The notes under the pieces: generated by a model
Told to the model about the DNA's origin: nothing
What the model saw: only the letters and a program-made list of their open reading frames with translations
The model's database searches: none
Translations under genes and position numbers: made by a program
Shown here: piece by piece, positions 29,293-37,566 of the stretch
Layout of the letters: the number at the start of each line of letters is the position of its first letter
Position numbering within the stretch: the first letter of the stretch is position 1
IMG/VR virus record: IMGVR_UViG_3300013094_000017
Span: 195,420 to 259,419 of that record
Length of the DNA stretch: 64,000 bases
Direction: 5' to 3' (one strand)

Positions 29293-29522
29293 AGGTCTTT
29301 CCTGTTCTATCAGTGTATAGCTAGTATACTACCATTAGCCCAAAATGTCAATAGACTTCTTTGGTGATATAGAATACTTCCGCGGGATACTTCTCTTTGA
29401 ACTCATCCGTGCCTGTGAACTTGTTCAGTTCAGTAGCATTGAAGAATACCTTATGCAATGCTGTCTTATGTGTCTTACGATCACTGACCGTTAGATAAAC
29501 TGATGTGGCGCGTCCTGCCATG

Positions 29523-29720
29523 TTAGACCTCTTCTATTGAATGTGGAGGAAAGCTGAACTTCAAACTGTTCCTGCCTGTGTTGGCTGCCTCTGCACGTTT
29601 GAATGCTTCAAGTGCGCCTTCTTTAGTATCTGCTTCTACGACGATGTGATCAGTCTCAGTGTGGTTAAATTCATCCCATCCCGGCATCTCATATTCGTAG
29701 CGTACAATGTATCTTGCCAT
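29523..29720 (-). CDS. early hypothetical protein
   Basis: cassette places the start at 29720 (MARYIV). Confidence 0.65.
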   Translation of the reverse strand: MARYIVRYEYEMPGWDEFNHTETDHIVVEADTKEGALEAFKRAEAANTGRNSLKFSFPPHSIEEV

Positions 29721-29780
29721 TTTGTTTCTCCGTTGCGCTAGTGTATGTGTTATTATAGCATACACTAGCCCAAAAGTCAA

Positions 29781-30038
29781 CTAGTATTGCACCACACGCA
29801 CAATCTGCGTTAAGTAAGCCCAACGCGGCTCACCTTTAGTGTCTGTGTAGTCACAACCTGCACGTCCATTCTTAATGTCTGCTTCTACGTTTTCTAACGT
29901 AACAGTTTCTGCAGGCTCACTGCCAAACCCACTGCGTATAACTACCACGCTACCTGCACGTACATCATCAATGTCAACGCCAGTGCCAGCAATGCCACTG
30001 CGTCTAATTGCGCTAATTAAATCTAATGTGTTGCTCAT
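29781..30038 (-). CDS. early hypothetical protein
   Basis: cassette places the start at 30038 (MSNTLD). Confidence 0.65.
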   Translation of the reverse strand: MSNTLDLISAIRRSGIAGTGVDIDDVRAGSVVVIRSGFGSEPAETVTLENVEADIKNGRAGCDYTDTKGEPRWAYLTQIVRVVQY

Positions 30039-30100
30039 TTTGTTTCTCCGTTTTGTTAGTGTAAGTGCATTATAGCGCATTTCTGCGCTATTGTCAACCA

Positions 30101-30310
30101 TTATTTTTCTTGCATTACAATGTTGTTAGTGCGTAATTGTTCTGCAGCCTGCGCAAATGCACGCACAACATCTTCTTCGTTGTTATAATCGCTACTAATA
30201 AAGCTAGCGTTACGTTGTGTTAGCGTGTCGTATGTAAAGCCTACAATAAGTCTAAACAGACCCTTGTTTGTTTTTAATACTTTTGCGTGTGCTAGTGTGT
30301 TTGTTTGCAT
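30101..30310 (-). CDS. early hypothetical protein
   Basis: cassette upstream. Confidence 0.65.
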   Translation of the reverse strand: MQTNTLAHAKVLKTNKGLFRLIVGFTYDTLTQRNASFISSDYNNEEDVVRAFAQAAEQLRTNNIVMQEK

Positions 30311-30375
30311 TTGTGTTGCTCCGTTTTGTTAGTGTAAGTGCATTATAGCACCCACACTAACATTTGTCAACCTCT

Positions 30376-30645
30376 TTATGCCTGTACGCAGGTACCTCTG
30401 ACCATGTGAAGGCTTCTGCGCCCAGTGCGTGTGCTGGCAGTTAACCCATGTGCATTTAACAATGCTTCCGTCCTTCCTGCTACCTTCTCGCCTAGCCCGT
30501 GATATACCACCATGCCCACATAGCGTTTACTTTCCCAGGTGCGGTGGTTTGCGCTGTCAGTCCATGCCATGCCTAGCTCTGCGCCCAATTGTTTGGCCGC
30601 GGTTCTTACTGCATTACGGAATTCTAATGTGTTTGCTGTTTGCAT
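30376..30645 (-). CDS. early hypothetical protein
   Basis: cassette places the start at 30645 (MQTANT). Confidence 0.65.
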   Translation of the reverse strand: MQTANTLEFRNAVRTAAKQLGAELGMAWTDSANHRTWESKRYVGMVVYHGLGEKVAGRTEALLNAHGLTASTRTGRRSLHMVRGTCVQA

Positions 30646-30703
30646 TTGTTTCTCCATTTGTTTAGTGTAAGTGTATTATAACACAGGTATTACCAAAAGT
30701 CAA

Positions 30704-30958
30704 CTATCTTTTGGGCCATATGGCGTCTAGAGTCTCTACCTTCTGGCGATTCATTTCCTGGGTGATCTGTTCGTCCTTACCATATACTCGTTCGCGGTAC
30801 ATGCGTTCGAAGCAACGACCCAGACCTTCTGCACTCTTATTACCCCAGGAGGTTTCGTAGCGACCATCGTCATTGGTCTTTAGATCTAACATCTGGGCTA
30901 TCTCTAGCCCAAATGCTTCTGCTTCTGCGGATGTAGAAAATTTACTTACGATCATCAC
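30704..30958 (-). CDS. hypothetical protein
   Basis: GGAG SD; second gene of a cassette. Confidence 0.55.
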   Translation of the reverse strand: MMIVSKFSTSAEAEAFGLEIAQMLDLKTNDDGRYETSWGNKSAEGLGRCFERMYRERVYGKDEQITQEMNRQKVETLDAIWPKR

Positions 30959-30963
30959 TGCTC

Positions 30964-31287
30964 CTATGCTAGGTTATAACGATAGATGATGCCCTGTGGA
31001 GTAACCTTCTTAACAAAGCCCAGCTCTGTCCAGTCCTCTTCCAACCAAGCCAATGTCTTAGGATTCTTAAGCCATCCTCCATCAATCTTAATGCTCACAC
31101 CCTTCTTACCATATGCTTCATAAATTTTGCCAGTGGTAATCTCGCCTAATGCCACCATCATCGCATCAACTTGACGGCGTAGAGAAAATGGATAGTGACT
31201 CTTGTTGTTTAGATTGCGTTGACGAGCGTCTTGTGATGCCCACCATTTGTTTGGTGCTTCTTCAGTGTTGAGTAATAGTGTTTTCAT
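30964..31287 (-). CDS. early hypothetical protein
   Basis: cassette upstream. Confidence 0.65.
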   Translation of the reverse strand: MKTLLLNTEEAPNKWWASQDARQRNLNNKSHYPFSLRRQVDAMMVALGEITTGKIYEAYGKKGVSIKIDGGWLKNPKTLAWLEEDWTELGFVKKVTPQGIIYRYNLA

Positions 31288-31459
31288 TTTGTTGCTCCGT
31301 TGTGTTAGTGTAAGTGCATTATAGCATAGGTATTACCTGTTGTCAACCCCTATCTTATGCCAAGAGAAAGGGCTGTGAACAACATTATGTCCACAGCCCT
31401 TATGATAGGGTGGGCTTACCGTAAGCCACTACCTCACAAACCACACCCCACGGAGCAAC

Positions 31460-31900
31460 CTATGCAAAGTCTTTGTTATATTGATTACGCTTTGCCTCAC
31501 ACTTGTCTTTAAACTCTGCCCAAGTGCCTGAAAAAATTACGTTGTCGTTGTTAGTGCCAACAGTGACAACCTCAACCTTGTTCTTGTAAACATGGTACTC
31601 ATATTCCTGCCAATTGTCCACACCTGGCTTAGGTGGATACAAGTAGAACTGCCCTGGACCATCTTTAAAGTGTGCTACCAACTGCGCGGCCAAACATCCC
31701 ATACCATTGGCAACCTTTTCTGTCTTAGCACCCAAACCATTTACAATTGCAATTGGGCTAAGGAATTCAGCAAGCTCTAAACCATGTCCTTCCATGTAGC
31801 CATCATATTGGCGATATAACTTAATGATTGGCGTGTGCTTCTCTTTGCCATTCTTTTGAGTGTAAGTGTCATAAACCCATGTTAAACTGCGTGTACCCAT
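31460..31900 (-). CDS. early phage protein (MGTR...YRQYDGY family)
   Basis: cassette upstream; motif I recall as common in phage early genes. Confidence 0.7.
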   Translation of the reverse strand: MGTRSLTWVYDTYTQKNGKEKHTPIIKLYRQYDGYMEGHGLELAEFLSPIAIVNGLGAKTEKVANGMGCLAAQLVAHFKDGPGQFYLYPPKPGVDNWQEYEYHVYKNKVEVVTVGTNNDNVIFSGTWAEFKDKCEAKRNQYNKDFA

Positions 31901-31981
31901 TTTGCTTCTCCGTGTTGTTAGTGTAAGTGCATTATAGCACCCCCTAGGGGTTTTGTCAACCCCTTTAAGCGGGGTCTTACT

Positions 31982-32416
31982 CTAGGAGTCTTGTTCTTCT
32001 TCCTCGTACTCAGGTTCATCGTACGGTGGGTCAGTGTCAATAACAACCTTACCGAATGTAAGCTCAGCACCATCACTGCCTACTGCAAACTGCTCTTCGA
32101 AGTCTACTACGTTGCCACCTTCCATCCATAGGCTGTCCGAAGTATCGTTGATGTCACTAAGTAGGATACACCCAATGCCACCTGCATCCACAGGATACTC
32201 ACGGCCTTGCTCATCCTCATAGTTACCATCACCGTGGGCGGTACTGAAGTAAGCAAAGCGAACACCATTGGCTAATTTGAATACACCTTGTGCACCGCGC
32301 CAGTTGTCTTGTCCCTTAGGAAAGAACAGCTCACACGCTTCTTGCCACTGTGGGTGCATTACATAGCACAAGTCACCGATCCAATACTTTCCTGCTGGCA
32401 TAGTTCCGTAATTCAT
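31982..32416 (-). CDS. early hypothetical protein
   Basis: YWIGDLCYVM, STAHGDG, VDAGGIG; cassette upstream. Confidence 0.7.
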   Translation of the reverse strand: MNYGTMPAGKYWIGDLCYVMHPQWQEACELFFPKGQDNWRGAQGVFKLANGVRFAYFSTAHGDGNYEDEQGREYPVDAGGIGCILLSDINDTSDSLWMEGGNVVDFEEQFAVGSDGAELTFGKVVIDTDPPYDEPEYEEEEQDS

Positions 32417-32478
32417 TTTGTTTCTCCGTTGTGTTAGTGTAAGTACATTATAACATCGGTATTACCACTTGTCAACCC

Positions 32479-32694
32479 CTAGATAGCATCAGCCTCTTCA
32501 ACGTTATACTGCGTGATGTCGTCCTCAAGGATCTCAATAGCCGTCACACGCACTTCGTTATCAGTGGTCATACCGCCGAGGACATTCTTGTAGTCCAAGA
32601 GTTCTTGTGCATACTCAAGAGCCTGGTCTCGGTTATCGAACGGTTCGTCGTGTGTGATCTCAGCACGCACTGTGGTGTAGATGACTGTCTTCAT
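32479..32694 (-). CDS. hypothetical protein
   Basis: coupled second gene of a cassette. Confidence 0.55.
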   Translation of the reverse strand: MKTVIYTTVRAEITHDEPFDNRDQALEYAQELLDYKNVLGGMTTDNEVRVTAIEILEDDITQYNVEEADAI

Positions 32695-32897
32695 TCTGCT
32701 GTCTCCATTGACATCTCTTGCAAGCGGTCATACGCATTAACAAAGTCCTCGCAAAGCAGACGCATACGATGCATAGCCTGCTCTTCGCTGTCGCTTAGGC
32801 CAATGTCTTCAAAGTCGTAACCGTCTTCTAGAACATTAACGCAATCGCGCAAATCACCTAAGGTGTTTTCGAACCTGCAATAACTCATATTAGCCAT
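32691..32897 (-). CDS. early hypothetical protein (MSYCRFENT family)
   Basis: cassette upstream. Confidence 0.7.
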   Translation of the reverse strand: MANMSYCRFENTLGDLRDCVNVLEDGYDFEDIGLSDSEEQAMHRMRLLCEDFVNAYDRLQEMSMETAE

Positions 32898-32959
32898 TTT
32901 GTTTCTCCGTTGTGTTAGTGTAAGTGCATTATAGCAGGTAAAACCTGCTATGTCAACCC

Positions 32960-33160
32960 CTAATTAGCAAACTCTTCTATGCAATCTAATACTTCTTCTA
33001 ACTGCATAATAACATCTTCGATGTTGTTGTGGATAGTGTAGCAGACATCCTCGTCTTCAGGAAGTGCATCTTTGTAGACTGCAAATGCTTTCTGTTGCAA
33101 GCGGTTTGCAGTGTGAAGTGCTTCGATAGCGGCTTCTAGGTGTTGTTTGGCTAGTGACAT
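32960..33160 (-). CDS. early helical hypothetical protein
   Basis: cassette upstream. Confidence 0.65.
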   Translation of the reverse strand: MSLAKQHLEAAIEALHTANRLQQKAFAVYKDALPEDEDVCYTIHNNIEDVIMQLEEVLDCIEEFAN

Positions 33161-33215
33161 AATGTTTCTCCGTTGTGTTAGTGTAAAGCTATTATAGCAC
33201 CAATGGTAAAACCTG

Positions 33216-33437
33216 TCAACCGATATAGTGAACTATTAATCCAACTACGCCTGTGAGCAGCATCACACCGTTCACAACGATTAAGCTGGCCTTGCGCCAT
33301 TCTATAGCTATAGCAAACCATATAGCACCGCCTACGCACAGCAACAGGGGCCCTTGTGGGTAGTATCCTAAGCTGTTAACTGCTGTGCCAACGATTAAGA
33401 TCGTTGTAGCTATCCATTCTAATATTAAGATTCTCAT
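33216..33437 (-). CDS. small multi-pass membrane protein
   Basis: three hydrophobic helices; ATG at 33437 overlaps the upstream stop. Confidence 0.6.
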   Translation of the reverse strand: MRILILEWIATTILIVGTAVNSLGYYPQGPLLLCVGGAIWFAIAIEWRKASLIVVNGVMLLTGVVGLIVHYIG

Positions 33438-34018
33438 ATGTCTAAAGTACTTCCTAATCCTTTGTGATAGAACAAATGTTGTCCCACCTTGGTTATATAC
33501 TGCGTACGGTCTGCCCAAGCCGGCGATACATATGATGCATGATACATTAAAGCCTGCTGTAGGGGTCTTACACGTACCTTATCCACCAGCACGCTATGCG
33601 CAATCATTTGACTCTCAGCCCACAACACACCCTTGGGCTTGTCCAACTTCTTCTTAAGTGTCCACGAGAACTGTGCCTTTGCGTGGACTACCTTGCACAC
33701 ACTGTTACCCCAATGGCCCGTCTTGAGTCTGTTTAAGGTTACCTGTGCAACTGCGTATTTGCCCTGCACCGGCTCCACCCCAGCTTCGTAGTATACATTC
33801 TCTGCTAGACAAGTCAAGTCATTTTTTGTGTAATGGACATTCTCATCTGTCTGCACAAGAAAAGCCTTGATCTCACGGACCTCATTGTGGACCTCAGTGA
33901 TCTCACGTTGCTGGAACGACAGCAATGCTACCACTGCCGTTCCAGTTGCCGCTATGAGTAAATTACTCTTCGTCAACACTGTCTGCTTCCCACATCTCTT
34001 GGTTTTCGGAGATGGCAA
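33434..34018 (-). CDS. SleB-like cell wall hydrolase (Hydrolase_2)
   Basis: CLAENVYYEAG, AVAQVTLNR, QFSW, YHASYVSPAW, VGQHLFY; N-terminal anchor; start may be internal. Confidence 0.88.
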   Translation of the reverse strand: MPSPKTKRCGKQTVLTKSNLLIAATGTAVVALLSFQQREITEVHNEVREIKAFLVQTDENVHYTKNDLTCLAENVYYEAGVEPVQGKYAVAQVTLNRLKTGHWGNSVCKVVHAKAQFSWTLKKKLDKPKGVLWAESQMIAHSVLVDKVRVRPLQQALMYHASYVSPAWADRTQYITKVGQHLFYHKGLGSTLDI

Positions 34019-34535
34019 AAGTATCGTCTAACTCTTGCGGTAGTTGATCACGAGCGCCTTGTGCATCACCCCAGTCTTGGTAGTAGTCATCATTGCCGTC
34101 TTGATAGATGCCAGCGAACTGCATACCACCTTCATAGTAGTAGCCAAGCACATCAAAGCCCGCTTCTTCCAAGAACGCATAAGCGCCTACTGGCGGAGCC
34201 CAAGCACTGTCAAAGTGCAGGGTGATGCTGTGGAAGCCGTCAATGGTCTCATTGATCTCGTAGTATTCATCCTCACTGCCAACATCCCACTTGGTTCCCC
34301 AATTGCTCACGCACCAGTCATACCAAGTGCTGTAGCCATATTTCTCAAGGTTGGCTTCATATAGGGCCTGTAGTTCAGCATCATCAGTACCTGGAGCACT
34401 GGTGATCATCAAAGCCTCGGGCACAGGAGCGAACTCCTGTAGCAATACCCCACGCTTAAAGGCCTCTTCGACACGCTGGATCTGACCAGCATCTTTGTGA
34501 GTAAGTGTTACGATATTCTGGCACCAGTTTGGAAT
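33963..34535 (-). CDS. DUF1281/YubB-like phage protein, predicted ATT start
   Basis: ATT-CCA-AAC-TGG-TGC (PNWC) just after the cassette SD; WCVSNWGTKWD and FDSAWAPP motifs. Confidence 0.75.
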   Translation of the reverse strand: MPNWCQNIVTLTHKDAGQIQRVEEAFKRGVLLQEFAPVPEALMITSAPGTDDAELQALYEANLEKYGYSTWYDWCVSNWGTKWDVGSEDEYYEINETIDGFHSITLHFDSAWAPPVGAYAFLEEAGFDVLGYYYEGGMQFAGIYQDGNDDYYQDWGDAQGARDQLPQELDDTFAISENQEMWEADSVDEE

Positions 34536-34603
34536 TTTGGGTTCCTACCTTTCTTAATTTGTTAGTGTAAGTGCATTATAGCACCTTTCGGTGCTATGGT
34601 CAA

Positions 34604-34858
34604 CTAGCATTCGTAAAGTTTAACTCCAGGATCTAACTGCTTCAACTCATTCGCCGCCTGTGTTAGAAACTTAAAATTCCTACGAACAGTGGCCGCATCT
34701 AGCTCGCCATCACAGGTCAAGTTCTCTGGTGATAGTTTGCCATCGATGATATCTGCAATGTGTTGTCGGTCTTGGGCAGTGGCCAACGACAGAGGTTTAT
34801 TCCCCCATATGGCACGCCATTGGTTTTCTGCTTGGATAAAGGACTTTAGTGTTTTCAT
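34604..34858 (-). CDS. early hypothetical protein
   Basis: cassette upstream; LSPENLTCDGE. Confidence 0.7.
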   Translation of the reverse strand: MKTLKSFIQAENQWRAIWGNKPLSLATAQDRQHIADIIDGKLSPENLTCDGELDAATVRRNFKFLTQAANELKQLDPGVKLYEC

Positions 34859-34924
34859 TACGTTTCTCCGTGTTGTTAGTGTAAGTGCATTATAGCACCT
34901 ACACTAATCTCTGTCAACCTCTAT

Positions 34925-35197
34925 CTAGGCCATCTCTACCATGTTAGCAGGCACACGCCAAGCACCTTGTGGTGTATCGATAACGATGTTCTTAATAGCG
35001 ATCTTCTTAACGGTGCCTCGAATGGTTTGACGGCTACGGCTTGAAGTAAACTGGACAGCGTCACCTACACGGAATGTTCTTAGGTTCAATCGAGCGTTAC
35101 GGCTTCGGACATACTTGATTGACTCTACGATTGAGTTGATATCCGCATCAGTCAATTCTGAAGTTAGGATTAGTTCATTGATTTTGGCTACTGACAT
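34925..35197 (-). CDS. early SH3/KOW-like small protein
   Basis: FRVGDAVQF...GTVKKI...WRVPANMV. Confidence 0.6.
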   Translation of the reverse strand: MSVAKINELILTSELTDADINSIVESIKYVRSRNARLNLRTFRVGDAVQFTSSRSRQTIRGTVKKIAIKNIVIDTPQGAWRVPANMVEMA

Positions 35198-35250
35198 AGT
35201 CTGCTCCTTAAGTGTTTAAGTGTGTAGTATAACATCGGTATTACCAAATG

Positions 35251-35532
35251 TCAACCTAAAAAGAATTCAATCTCTTTAATAAGATCTTCCTTCACTGGCT
35301 TGTCTTCGTCGCCATGCACATACGCGGCGAACTCCTCTTCATGCCAGCGTTCAAATGTGCTAGTCATTAGCCAATTGAATATCTTTTCTGCTGACTCCTG
35401 CTTAACCTTAGCGCGGAACGCTTCCAATGCCTTAGCACTGTCGCCTTCTGTCCAGTAGGTAAGTCCGTCTTGCTCAACTAGCAGGCCTGCTTCGATTGCT
35501 AGTTGTTCTGTTGCGGAAAAGGTTGTGCTCAT
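35251..35532 (-). CDS. hypothetical protein
   Basis: ORF track. Confidence 0.5.
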   Translation of the reverse strand: MSTTFSATEQLAIEAGLLVEQDGLTYWTEGDSAKALEAFRAKVKQESAEKIFNWLMTSTFERWHEEEFAAYVHGDEDKPVKEDLIKEIEFFLG

Positions 35533-35656
35533 GCCATTACTCCTTGTTTAACCTTGCGCCAATCCCAACGTGCCTGTGTGTATGCACGACGGCTAAGTGT
35601 AAAGCCTGGGCAGTTCTTGCAGGCCCAAGCTACGAAGTGAACTTGCTCTACGTTAC

Positions 35657-35812
35657 TCATAAGCCACAAGCCTCGTAGAAGCGTCCATAGTCAAAGCGAC
35701 TGTTCATTGCCTTAGCAACATCTGCAAAAGCCTTAGCCGCTTGCTTGCGTGCATCCAAGTCTGCGATACCTGCTAGTTCTTTTGCCATTGCAATAAAGTG
35801 TTTACGTGACAT
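35657..35812 (-). CDS. 51-aa early protein (not in the ORF track)
   Basis: cassette-driven MSRKHFIAMAKELA...NSRFDYGRFYEACGL. Confidence 0.6.
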   Translation of the reverse strand: MSRKHFIAMAKELAGIADLDARKQAAKAFADVAKAMNSRFDYGRFYEACGL

Positions 35813-35865
35813 CTTGTGTTTCTCCGTTTTGTTAGTGTGTAGCTATTATAACACCGGTTTTACCT

Positions 35866-36111
35866 TTAGTCAACCTCAATTAACTTTAATTCGTAGAACA
35901 TATCCTGCGCCAAGTCTACGCTGACAAAGTCAATAGCATACTCTTCGCCACTCTCTTCACCTGTACCGTAGAAGCGACCTGTACTGAGATCCTCTCCCAG
36001 ATCTAATAAGTCCTGGTCAGTATCCCAATAGTCAATGCGGATGCCCTCGCAATTGAATGGAACATACACTGCGGCACGGCCTACGATCTCTTTAACCTTA
36101 TCTAAGCTCAT
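35866..36111 (-). CDS. hypothetical protein
   Basis: coupled second gene of a cassette. Confidence 0.55.
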   Translation of the reverse strand: MSLDKVKEIVGRAAVYVPFNCEGIRIDYWDTDQDLLDLGEDLSTGRFYGTGEESGEEYAIDFVSVDLAQDMFYELKLIEVD

Positions 36112-36494
36112 ACCTTCTCCTTTGCAACAATCTTAGGTTCACGTCCACTGCCATCGCTGATGTAGCCTAACACTAAGGTCTCCATAGCCCGCTTAGCCTC
36201 TTGCACGGCTTCCCAAGCAAGGTCTTCTGCGGTGCCGTCTTTGAATACTTCCATGGCATCCTCGTACAAGAAGCCACCTACATAAGCATCACCTAGCTCG
36301 ATGTCCTTGTAGTAGGCCACAGCGCGAAGCATGAACCAATCTAATTCATACGCATCAATCTTGCGACAAAGGTCTTCAACGTCTGTTACAGTGTCATCAA
36401 AGCAGTCTCTGGGGCTAATATCTTCCCAGGACTTTTCGATCTTAACAGTAAAGCCATCCATTTCAAGCTGGCCTAGTGTTTCCCAATGGCGCAT
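36108..36494 (-). CDS. early hypothetical protein
   Basis: cassette upstream. Confidence 0.65.
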   Translation of the reverse strand: MRHWETLGQLEMDGFTVKIEKSWEDISPRDCFDDTVTDVEDLCRKIDAYELDWFMLRAVAYYKDIELGDAYVGGFLYEDAMEVFKDGTAEDLAWEAVQEAKRAMETLVLGYISDGSGREPKIVAKEKV

Positions 36495-36548
36495 ATCATT
36501 CTCCGTTTGTTTAGTTTAAGTGCATTATAGCACAGGTATTACCAAAGG

Positions 36549-36710
36549 TCAATCCCAAAATTTATTAATAATCTCTTCTGCTTCCCTCATAGCACCATCA
36601 AAGTCACCAGCACCTAAGCAGAAGATCTCTCCGCTGTAGTGTAAGCACCAGCAGTTCAAGTGTAGATCAAATTCTACATCGTAACCAGTTTCTAATACAT
36701 GTACAGCCAT
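36549..36710 (-). CDS. small hypothetical protein
   Basis: GGAG SD before ATG 36710. Confidence 0.5.
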   Translation of the reverse strand: MAVHVLETGYDVEFDLHLNCWCLHYSGEIFCLGAGDFDGAMREAEEIINKFWD

Positions 36711-37028
36711 AATATTCTCCTTATAAACTTGCGGTATCAATTTCTACGTCCGCTAGGACAATAGTAACATCCCACGGCTTCTTAGCACCTAGTAGGCCTG
36801 CTGCGAGTCTTTGTGCGGCAAAGCTAGACTCTGCTTTCACTTCAATCTTCTTGCTCTTGTAGAACGCTATATACATATATGTTCGCATAGTGTACTCCTT
36901 GTTGTTAGTGTGTAAACATTATAGCGTAGGTTTTTCCATTTGTCAAGCATTATATTGGTAATATTTTGGTTGACAGGTATTACCAGCGATGCTATACTAC
37001 GTATACACTAACAACACGGAGAACTAAA

Positions 37029-37223
37029 ATGGGTACACCACTAATTGGAATGACGCTTGCAGATGCCTGCAGTATTGTTAAGGCCTATGCTGATCTACAA
37101 GGCTTACCGTTCTTAGAAGGTTTGATGGAAATGGATGCAGGCTATGATGACTTGGACCTTGAGGATCAAAGGGCCTGCAACATGGTATTGAAAGCTGGTC
37201 GAGAGATGTTTGCCCCAGTGTAG
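37029..37223 (+). CDS. early hypothetical protein on the divergent cassette
   Basis: plus-strand cassette 36970-37031. Confidence 0.65.
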   Translation: MGTPLIGMTLADACSIVKAYADLQGLPFLEGLMEMDAGYDDLDLEDQRACNMVLKAGREMFAPV

Positions 37224-37437
37224 TATAGTGGGAGTAGGTACGCAGGACACATCCTACTCCCCCGTCCTGCTTGTTTTGGGCTAACATAGGCCACTACCTA
37301 ACCACTGATCAGAACGTGGTCGCAGGTTAACACAGGCGCGGCATCACTATGTATAGCCTCATAGGGTTTCCTATAGGAGCAATCGATCAGCATCCTCCTA
37401 ACTCTCTCCCTCTTTATGCCTGACGTTCACGGTTTAC

Positions 37438-37514
37438 TGGTGCTCCGTCAGGGATTCGAACCCTGCCTCCCACGTTATGAGCATGGTACTCTCTACCTAG
37501 TGAGTTACCAGAGC
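37438..37514 (-). tRNA. tRNA with CAT anticodon (elongator Met or Ile2), CCA encoded
   Basis: cloverleaf GCTCTGG/ACGGAGC (G7-A66 mismatch), ACTC/GAGT D stem, CCATG-CTCATAA-CGTGG, CAGGG-TTCGAAT-CCCTG; lacks initiator features. Confidence 0.88.
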
Positions 37515-37566
37515 AAAAACTTATACATTAATAATACTATATCTATTCAGTTTTGTCAACTGTTAG

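Larger units (their letters stand above)
25030..37031. repeat. dispersed family of 23 early promoter + leader cassettes (22 minus, 1 plus)
   Basis: consensus TTGACA-N-TGCTATAAT-GCACTTACACTAACACAACGGAGAAACAAA-ATG; start codons at 25032, 25411, 25819, 27313, 27782, 28369, 29292, 29720, 30038, 30310, 30645, 31287, 31900, 32416, 32897, 33160, 34535, 34858, 35197, 35812, 36494, 36888 (minus) and 37029 (plus). Confidence 0.92.

Noticed and set aside
25030-37031. Cassette repeats as a CRISPR array
   Set aside because: Spacing is gene-sized and variable, repeats are promoter plus SD, and no cas genes are present
37290-37437. Theta (HDV-like) or hammerhead ribozyme after the tRNA
   Set aside because: Could not find the nested double pseudoknot or CUGAUGA/GAAA cores by eye; an Infernal search would settle it
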